A DNA stretch of 63,371 nucleotides, filler included, from Reticulomyxa filosa (taxonomy: Eukaryota; Protista; Foraminifera), in assembly GCA_000512085.1 (NCBI GenBank). It is 22 parts of 22 records of this genome, joined end to end, with 100 filler letters (N's around TTAATTAATTAA, not from the genome) between each part and the next. Parts side by side here need not be neighbours in the genome. Positions count along the whole stretch, not along the records: positions 50,852 to 55,198 come from ASPP01027174.1; positions 55,299 to 58,947 come from ASPP01022042.1; positions 59,048 to 60,230 come from ASPP01037511.1; positions 60,331 to 62,168 come from ASPP01001906.1; positions 62,269 to 63,371 come from ASPP01028135.1; 17 more parts are not named here. The stretch is one strand, 5' to 3'. A program made the position numbers and the translations under genes. This document shows positions 54,300-63,371 of the stretch, one piece after another (within the stretch, counting starts at the first letter, position 1; every line of letters begins with the position of its first letter). The notes under the pieces were generated by a model. The model was given only the letters and a program-made list of their open reading frames with translations, searched no databases and had not been told where the DNA came from.

Positions 54300-54900
54300 G
54301 TAATTCGTATTGAGATGCAGCTGCAGCTTATCATTTATTAGTTCTGATATTATTTTATATTTATCACAATCGTCCTATTCAATAAAAGAAAAAAAATTAA
54401 TAGATTTTTTAATTTGTTTTTGGCAAATTTTATATGATCTTTTGAATATTTTTTAATATTATAGCCTTCATAATCTTTAAATATTAATGAATCGCATACA
54501 AATACCTTATATTGGCAATGTATTAATTTTATTGTGCAATCGGTTTCCAAGTGTCCTTTTATGTCTTTGACATCTACAATAAAATAACATTCTAATTTGC
54601 TGTTATCCTTTTTATTAATCGATAACTGATAATTACCCCAGCACATTGCGAGTAATCTATAAATTCTTTTTTGAATGAATTTAACATTAGTGTACCTAAA
54701 TTCATGTTGTCACATTGGATATTTTCTATTATTATTTGTAAATACGTTTGGAGACAATTTTCACCAACTGTGAACACTTCATCTTGCTTATGCTCACTAC
54801 AATCGATTTGTAACTGGACGTTTGCAATCTCTTTGCAAAGTAGACAAACAAAATCTTGAACTAGTTTTATTCATTTAACTATTTTTTACTCAGTCATCCC
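54300..54900 (-). pseudogene. TRAF/RING zinc-finger pseudogene (paralogue of 2890-3888)
   Basis: QDFVCLLCKEIAN...CSEH...VGENCLQTYL...IKGHLETDC, with frameshifts. Confidence 0.82.
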
Positions 54901-56019
54901 ATTGATTGTATTTTTTTTCCAATTTCCTTTAAAAAAACGTTTCACAAACAAAAGTACAAATCGATACGAATTGTAAACGATATGCAAATAATTTTAAAAA
55001 AAGAATTTTGATCAACTGGGCTGTAGCATTTGCAATACTTTCTAAATTTTATATTTTCGAGTAACAGAATGTTACTTTGTAAAATTTTTACAGTATTCGG
55101 CATTGCAATCATTTATACGTTGTATAATGGCTCTTAAGACAAAGCTCATGAAGAATATTGAATGGGGTAAATTAGAGAAATAAAGGACTCATGATTATNN
55201 NNNNNNNNNNNNNNNNNNNNNNNNNNNNNNNNNNNNNNNNNNTTAATTAATTAANNNNNNNNNNNNNNNNNNNNNNNNNNNNNNNNNNNNNNNNNNNNAT
55301 GTAGTTTGTTGATCCACTGTTGATTTCTATGTTCGGAACTTCTTTTTTGATATATTTTCGAATGGCAACACATTAAAGCTGATTTGTAGTTTTTTTGTAG
55401 CTTTTTTGCAAACGAAGGGACGTGACTAGAAATCAACAGTGATTCAATTATTGCATCCAATTAATCCAAATCATTGCAGATGGCAAGCCGGAGAGGTAGA
55501 CATTAGTGATTTTCATCGATCAAAGTACAGTAATCGGATAGGAGCAGACAGTATCTCAGGTTATGACAACAACGACAGTCAAGAAAGACATCGTAACGTC
55601 AAGTATAAAAGGCATGATCTATTTGAAAGTGAGCCCAATGTGACTGAAATTTTTTATAGTCAAAACTTCGAGGATCATTAAAGAACAGTGAATCAAGTAA
55701 TTATAGGTGGCATTATGAAAACAATTGTAACCAAAATACACAACAAATTCAAACAAAGAAACAATAGAACTGTTCCTTCAAATCAAGATACAAGCAGTAA
55801 TAATTTTGCATATAAGCATGACGACAGTTACACAGGTTATTATAGACTTTGGTATCGTGATTGCCCTCGACGTGGTAATAATCACTTTTTGAGACAAGAG
55901 AATAGACAATGGACTTATATCTATCAAAAAAGGCAATTGTATTCGGTAATTAGATAAAAAAAAGCACATTATTAAAAGAGCTATACTATCTTTAGATAAG
56001 AAAATAACAAATTAAAAAC

Positions 56020-57076
56020 ACAGAAATTTGATCCAATAATAAAGTTATTTGCTCATTGGCTTCGATCTTCATCAGTTAAAAGATGATGGAATTATGGTTG
56101 TAATAATATCATCTCTAAATATGTTTAGTTTTTTTTTTGTAAATTCAATTAAAAATGGATTGTGTTTGATTAATTATCTAATATCCAACTTTAAACTAAA
56201 ACATTTACATTGTTGAAAAGTTTGCAAGGACATTCCGCTGAAGTAAGATGCGTTAGATTTTCAGCAGACGATAGTAAAATAGTTTCGTCATCAGATGATA
56301 AAACAATTCGCATTTGGGACGTTGCATCTGGAAAACAAATTCAAAATTTCAGAGGACATAGCGCTTTTATCTTTTATGCAGAATTTTCACCAGATGGAAA
56401 TACTATTGTTTCGTGTTCTTATGATAAAACTATTCGATTGTGGGATGCGAAATCAGGAAGGGAAATAATGCAATTAAAGGGACACTCATCTTTTTCAATG
56501 CATGCAAGCTTTTCTTCAGATGGTAAATATATTGCATCGGGATCAGCCGATAATACAGTACGACTATGGGATGCAAATTCTGGAAACGAAATTCAAAGAT
56601 TTGACGGCCATTTAAAAAATATATGTGATGTGCAATTTTCACCAAATAGCCAAATGCTTTTATCAGCTTCTGCTGATAATATAATTATTTTATGGGATAT
56701 AAAATCGGGTAAGCAATTGAAACAATTCATAGGACATTCTAATGTTATATGCAGTGCAAAATTTTCTCCCTGTAGTCGATTTATTGTGTCTTGTTCATAT
56801 GACAAAACCATTCGAATATGGAATGTAGAATCAGGAAAGGAAATGAACACGTTGACTGAATTTTTTGTTGCCAATGATGTGAAATATTTTCCAGATGGTC
56901 AAATGCTTGCATCTTGTTCATGTGATAGTCTGCTTTACTTATGGGATGTGAATACAGGACACAAAGTACATGAGCTAAGAGAAAATTCTCGTGTCGTGAC
57001 AAGCGTAGATATTTCGTCCGATGGTAATTTGTTAGTATCAAGCTCTTGTGACAAAACAATTCAAATATGGGAATAA
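56020..57076 (+). CDS. WD40-repeat protein (intact 7-blade ORF 56210-57076; upstream exon damaged)
   Basis: Seven GH...FS.DG...D.TIR.WD repeats. The upstream family-motif exon has a stop and the acceptor is unclear, so it may be a young pseudogene. Confidence 0.85.
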
Positions 57077-57465
57077 AAAAAAAAAAAAATTATTCAAATA
57101 AATTAAACAAATTGATAAACTAAAGCTTCTTGAAACCTTAAATTTGAATTTAAAAAATTTAACATAAAATATGTTTTATTATCTTTTATATCATTTGTAC
57201 AAAAAGGGTTCCAGTTTAATTTTCATTGGAGATTTCGAAAATGCTAATTATTACAATCATTACAGAAAAAATGAAGATAATTTAAAGACAACCCCTTTTC
57301 TTTGAATTTCAATATTCTGTCATTTGTACTTCGCTGGCTGAGCTGTTCTTCTCACAAAAGCAGGAAAAAAACGGGGTTGATTTTTGAATACAAAAAATCT
57401 AAAAAAAAAAGGTCATGTTTTGTGTTTAATCATCCAAGATTACTTTGTCATTCTTCTGTTACAAA

Positions 57466-58617
57466 ATGGATACTCTAACCTCGTCATTGGTAAGTCTCAG
57501 CTCATTTCAGGAAATCTTAATCTTTACTTTTATGTACTTGGGGAACTAATAAAACAGCTAGAGAAAGAAGTGAAAATAATAATCCAAAACTGGCTTCGAA
57601 TATCGAACGTGAAATTGGGATGGATAAACAATTTTGACAAAATTGTTGCTGAATATGTAAATGATTTTTATTTTAATCTAACTAATTTTATTTGCCACTT
57701 GTTAAACCATTGCAACAAATAAAATAGGTCAGATATTTTCAAGCACTAAGAGTTTTAGAAGGACATAAGGATGAGATAACTTATGTAAAATTTTCTCCAG
57801 ATGGTTATATGCTTGTTTCGGCATCAGCCGATAAAACAATTAGGTTATGGGATGTTTTATCAGGTAAACAAATTCAGATGTTTATAGGACATTCAGAATT
57901 GATCTTTGTTGCAGAATTTTCACCAGATGGACGTACTATTATTTCGTGCTCATCTGATAAAACAATACGGTTATGGGATGTAAACAGAGGAGAAGAAATG
58001 AAAAAAATTCAAATTGATTTTGATATAGCACCATCGACATTATATGTAAATTTTTCTCCAGATGGTAAAACTGTTGTATTATGTTTAGATGATAGAACAA
58101 TTCGATTATGGGATATAAATTCTGATAGAGAGATTCGAAAATTGGTTGGTCATTCAAACAGTATATGGTGTGCACAATTTTCATCAGATGGTCAAAAAAT
58201 TGTATCATCTTCTAATGATAAAACAGTTGGTATATGGAATGTAAAAACAGGTGAAAGGTTAAAAGAATTAAAAGGGCATTCTTATAATGTAAAACGTGTA
58301 GGATTTTCTCCAAACGGTCAATTTGTTGTATCAGGTTCATGGGATGGAACAATTCGAATATGGGATGTAACAACAGGAAAAGAATTACAAATAATAAAAA
58401 ACGAAGATGATGTAAATGATGTAAAATATTTTCCAGACGGTCAAATGATTGCATCTTGCTCAGAAATGGTAAAATTCGTTTATGGGATACAAACACAGGG
58501 AAAAAAGTACAAGAATTAAGTGGAAATTTTAATGCTATACTTGCATTAGATGTCTCACCAAATGGTAATGCAATTGCATCAGGTTCTTTAGACTGCACAA
58601 TTCGAATTTGGGGCTAA
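57466..58617 (+). CDS. WD40-repeat protein, tandem paralogue (introns ~57490-57557 and ~57657-57728; frameshift near 58465)
   Basis: [26 protein letters not shown] exon plus 7 WD repeats ending TIRIWG*. Confidence 0.88.
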
Positions 58618-60699
58618 AAACAAATTTATTTTGCTATTTTTTTTGTAATGAAGACAAAAAATTTATGTGTATGTGTGAAACTACTTCACCTAATTTCAAT
58701 AAGTTATTACAGTATGTTGCAAAAAAAACTGAACACCTAAATAGAAAACTGAACGCATAAAATACTACCTTATGAAGATAATTGATTTTCTCCATGAAAA
58801 ATAAATATTTTTAAGCATATCTACATGACTTGAAGATTACTAAAAAATAAACAAAAATATTATAAGATGTCATGGTACCAATGCAAGTGTAAATTATTTA
58901 CAGCATTGCAAAATTTTAAAAAATCATTTGAAAGAATGATATTTTTCNNNNNNNNNNNNNNNNNNNNNNNNNNNNNNNNNNNNNNNNNNNNTTAATTAAT
59001 TAANNNNNNNNNNNNNNNNNNNNNNNNNNNNNNNNNNNNNNNNNNNNGTAGCATTGTATCTTTTATAGTTTTTGAAAAAAAATTGTTTTTAAATTTTTGA
59101 ACAACAACTTGATTCTTATTATTATATTTAACATATATTATTTGCATTAATATTACGTTTTTATTATCGAATAAGTCGTTCATATACTCAACACGGTTTT
59201 CGTCCTTCAGGACATTGACAATAAATTGATAAACTCCGTCTTCATTTTCGTGTCTGTACATGTACTACATACCTAACATAAAGCCATTTTTTCTTCATTT
59301 TGCAAAATAGTATGTACATACCACAATAGACACAGCTTTGACTTCATTATGGAGTCTTTCGTTTTCATATGATCATTTCATGTAGTATGCGTATCAATGG
59401 TTTTTTTAAAAAGTAAATGAATGAAAATAGACGTCGAATTACGAATCGCATTTGTTGCAAATGCAAACTGTAGTCTACCCAGGTTGAATTTGAGCACACT
59501 ATGCATGTGTTGTTTGATGTTTTCATACATTGATCATAATCGTTAATGGGACCAATACATAATAAACGACAATATGATATCAAAAATGTAGGAAACCCAA
59601 AAAAGACAAAAAAAAAACATAATAAAAAATCATCAGATGAGTCCAAAAATATCAAATTGTCTGTCAATAAGAAACAAAAGTTTTCATTGTGATCACATTT
59701 TAAACACATTGTACTACTTGTCACCACAAACAAAGGAACAAAATCACAAGTAATACTTTTGGTGATTGTTGCTAATAGAAAAAAACAATATGAAGTACAC
59801 TATTTGCAAGTGAACATATATTGTAAGGGGGAACTAGTCTGATTTGTTTTTGTGTAAATGGATTATATTAGTTTGGAAGATATGGCAGCACAATTAGCAT
59901 TAATTTTGAGTGAGTTACATGTACCAACAAGAGCAAGAGATTTAGCAGAGCAATTTAAAAATTTGTTGACAGTACGACAAAACATTAAGACACTTGACAA
60001 AGTCCATCATGTATTGGCCACTGAAAATGTCGGAAATAAACACTCATGAACACGGAAACTTGATATTATCATGTCAAAAAATTTTCCAACAATAAAAATC
60101 TCATACAGTCTGCTTTCTTAAATAGAAAAAAAAAAAAAAGAAAAGATTTGAATTACAATAAATTTCGGTCAATCAAAGAAAACCAAAGTGGCAATGTGAT
60201 ACAAAAAAAAACAAAGAAAGTTATTTTTTGNNNNNNNNNNNNNNNNNNNNNNNNNNNNNNNNNNNNNNNNNNNNTTAATTAATTAANNNNNNNNNNNNNN
60301 NNNNNNNNNNNNNNNNNNNNNNNNNNNNNNATGACCTATTTTGGTCCAGGTACTTGAACTTGCTTTTGTTTGCACTTTGGGGTATGGCAAGGGCCAAAAT
60401 CAGTGATGAGTGAAAGATGAAGCAATGAGTAGTCTGACACCTTCACGCCCTCCCAGTGCAAAAGCTTCAAAAAAAAAAAGATGGCCTTTTTCGTTAGTTT
60501 CCGGGCTTCCGTAGGCTTCTCAAGTGTTTTTAGCACCTAGTCCGAAAACTTTTGTTAATGAGATGCCGATCTGCGATTGAAGGATGTATTTTGGCATTTT
60601 TGCCACTCCCTTTCGGCATCTACCCCTGTTGGCTTTTTTAGTTAGCCAATGATGATGAAGGGGTATTAATTTTTTTTTTTTTGATTTTGATATGAAAAA

Positions 60700-61660
60700 T
60701 GCGTGTGCATCATCAAACAATGGCAGACGTTCGTCAGTGAATTTATCGTCTGGATCACGGAAAACGAAAAGATCCTATCCAAAAGATGAACATAGTGAAA
60801 TGGCAAGAAAATGCGATTGATTCAGGCCACAACTACAGATCCAACAAGAAAGCAAAAAAGAAGGAAAAAAGGATGACGACAACATCTGGAAGCAGAGGAG
60901 CATCAAGATTCGTCGTGATTACTTTTGTCGGATGGAAATCATCGAAATTGTTTGGTGAAAATAACAAAAAATTGGCGCCGAAGATTAAAGCGCACACATT
61001 CTCACAGACTTGGAGGACATTGTATGTGCATTTTGATAATCAAAAGATCAATGGAGAAGGATTGGAAAGAATTGCAACATCATTTTAATGAGTTGCATCA
61101 ACAAGAAAATGATGAAGAAGAAAAAGAGAAAAACAAAGAAAAAGAACAAAAGAAAAAGATCTCTCCAAGTGAAAGTGAAGAAGTGGAAAAGGTCTCCCAA
61201 TGGCGAAAGTGTTATTTGGAAATGTGAAAAAAGCATTGCAAGACAAAGAAATAAGAATTGGATAAAGATTGGTGAAGTGTGAGCTGTTCGATAAATACCG
61301 AAACAGACCAAGATCACACTTCATCCAGTGCAGGAAGTGTTTTGGTTTGAATCAGGCATGCAAGTATTGTGGAATGAAGAACCATAAATCAGAAGACTGC
61401 CATCACAGAAAGAAACCAAGCAAACAAAAATGCATCCTGTGTCGTGGTTATTTTGAAGAAAGAGAAGAAAATTGAAAATAAAAATGAAATATCAAATTGC
61501 TCAGTTGCAAGAAACTGTCGCCATTGTTCAAGCATTGTCGTCATTTAGATCAGTTGCATGGATACTTACAATCCATGAGATGTAATTTAAGTGTGTCTTT
61601 GGTCTAAAGGCCCGAATCAACGAAAAGACCCCAAAGGCCCTGAAACTAAAAAAAAATGCT
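60700..61660 (+). mobile_element. Decayed non-LTR retrotransposon gag-like ORF1, internally deleted
   Basis: IQCRKCFGLN..CKYCGMKNHKSEDC..KCILCRG look like tandem zinc-knuckle remnants preceded by IKIG; frameshifted; ends in a GC-richer tract and a short poly-A near 61650. Confidence 0.65.
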
Positions 61661-63371
61661 TCAACAATTTTTATGTTTGTTTTTGAGTGCTAAGGTGATA
61701 ACTGATAATGTTGAATTTTTTTTTCATTTTAATTTGATTGATATTTAACCTTCAAAGCATATGACGTCACCATTTGCCGAAGTCTCGTAGAGTCTGAACG
61801 TGGTTCCAAAGTGACCCTTGGGTTCCCTCTTAGCTGCAAAGAGGTGAGCAATGCTACTTTGTGATGATCAAAAAGTTTTGCGTGTTAAATTGAGATCATT
61901 TTGAAATGATATAAAATGATGCATTCTCTATTTTCACCTAAACAAATTTTAAAATAAAATTATTGTTTCAATGTTGAAGCTTGAATGTTATTTGTTTGTA
62001 ACGTATTGTGTTATTTAGTACTTTGTTCAAGTTTTAGTGAAGTGCCTGTTTTACAATATTTTGCCTTGTTGTCAATTCAACAATTACATTCTTCTACGCT
62101 GAAAAAAAAAAAAAATATCAAAATCTCGGTCGTTCATTTCACTGTTTGTATTTGGCAACTCATTCAACNNNNNNNNNNNNNNNNNNNNNNNNNNNNNNNN
62201 NNNNNNNNNNNNTTAATTAATTAANNNNNNNNNNNNNNNNNNNNNNNNNNNNNNNNNNNNNNNNNNNNTCTTGACACCAACTCTAAACAACAGAATCGAG
62301 CAAAAACAGTCTGTTGCATATTACCACCTGCAATTAATTCCAGTTATTATTTTTTTCAAAGACGTAAGACGAACCAAATCAATCCATTTACATATTTTCG
62401 ACTTTCTTTTAAAATATTACTTGGAATATAGGTTGCGTATATGACATGACAATAATCAGCTCACCATTTTCAAATTGTTCGATTTTCGTTCAATATATCA
62501 TGTATCACATTACATGGTATGGACCTTCAATTTATTTTTTTTTTAAGTTGTACGCCATTTAAAGCGCAATACTATGATCCATATCCAATTCATGCCGTCA
62601 CCAAAATCAATATTTGTTCAGCGACAGACACATGCGTTATAGTGTGGATCCATGATTTGTTTTATTGAATTTCCATCAGCAACAATTTGACAATGATTTG
62701 CCACCTTGTTTACTTTCATGTCTGCAACCATCGATACCTGCTGCAACTGTTGCTGTTGTCATTATTGCTGGGAACTCACTACAGCACCAATGGCAATATA
62801 CACAGCCACAGCTGTTCATTTTCATTTGTACACTTTTAAACATCTATTCAAAATTTCAAGCAACACATACAAAAATATAACCAATATATGTATAAAGATG
62901 TCATGTTGAATATTACATATATATATAATACTTTTTCAAGCAATGGATCCACTCACGATCGTAACGTCAGGTGACACGAAAGAGGAACATGCGAAACAGC
63001 AGCAAATCCTTGTGACGTGATAAATTGAATTTTTACTGTTCGAGTGAGCGCTTCGATTTCAATGACAATACTACCATCAAGCATTCTGTTAGTTGGAACC
63101 AAAGTTTCGTCCCTTAGAACTACCATTTTTTGGGTGACAGTCTTGTCAACAGAAGATCATTCCACTTCTTACATCCGAGCGATTCGGTTTTTTTGGTACC
63201 GAACAATTCGTTCATATCCGCAGTGACAAGGTCTTTGAGAAGAAGAGGGAGGAAGTGAGCATAATACAATCGACTGCTGACACTGATAACACATTGAAGT
63301 AATTCATTACTTTGTTTTGTCAAATGATGGAGCGAATTTTGAATTGTCGATCCAATTATCGACTGACACGA

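Noticed and set aside
60613-60630. cggcatctaccc(c)tgttg shared with ~20956-20972
   Set aside because: Short, in opposite orientation relative to the ORFs, with no flanking similarity; probably chance.
62269-63371. Short ORFs on the last contig; also 10868-11870, 14200-15300, 36499-36723, 55440-55960 and 59858-60049
   Set aside because: They look like decayed coding fragments, but no family can be supported from the sequence alone.

Overview
AT-rich eukaryotic DNA, not prokaryotic. The window is not a continuous locus: it is 22 short draft contigs (about 1-9 kb) joined by 21 artificial ~100-bp spacers (N-run, TTAATTAATTAA, N-run), so adjacency across spacers means nothing. The gene families present (many WD40 paralogues sharing an N-terminal 'KLGWIxDFDK' motif, TRAF/RING zinc fingers, Kelch, many pseudogenes, short GT-AG introns) resemble the foraminiferan Reticulomyxa filosa; this is an inference from family content. 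Recognisable genes or fragments: TRAF-type Zn-finger protein, three near-intact and three decayed WD40 genes, alkyl-sulfatase-like metallo-beta-lactamase, transmembrane RGS protein, TLDc protein, CstF-77/Rna14-like HAT protein, SAM protein, RhoGEF (DH), EF-hand protein, DENN protein, an atypical Ras-like GTPase, a giant helical protein and a Gly/Ala-zipper protein. Mobile DNA: decayed Tc1/mariner, Ty3/Gypsy pol, LINE gag-like ORF1, a possible MULE remnant and two dispersed foldback/TIR families. Most unusual observations: (1) a ~5.3-kb GC-richer, intron-free block with a thrice-repeated 'WNFQ' peptide that appears to sit at a defined site of a 379-bp tandem unit; (2) introns with A-rich 3' ends that can pair with upstream T-rich tracts; (3) a perfect 252-bp inverted repeat around a decayed Gypsy RT. 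None of these is proven to be a new system.
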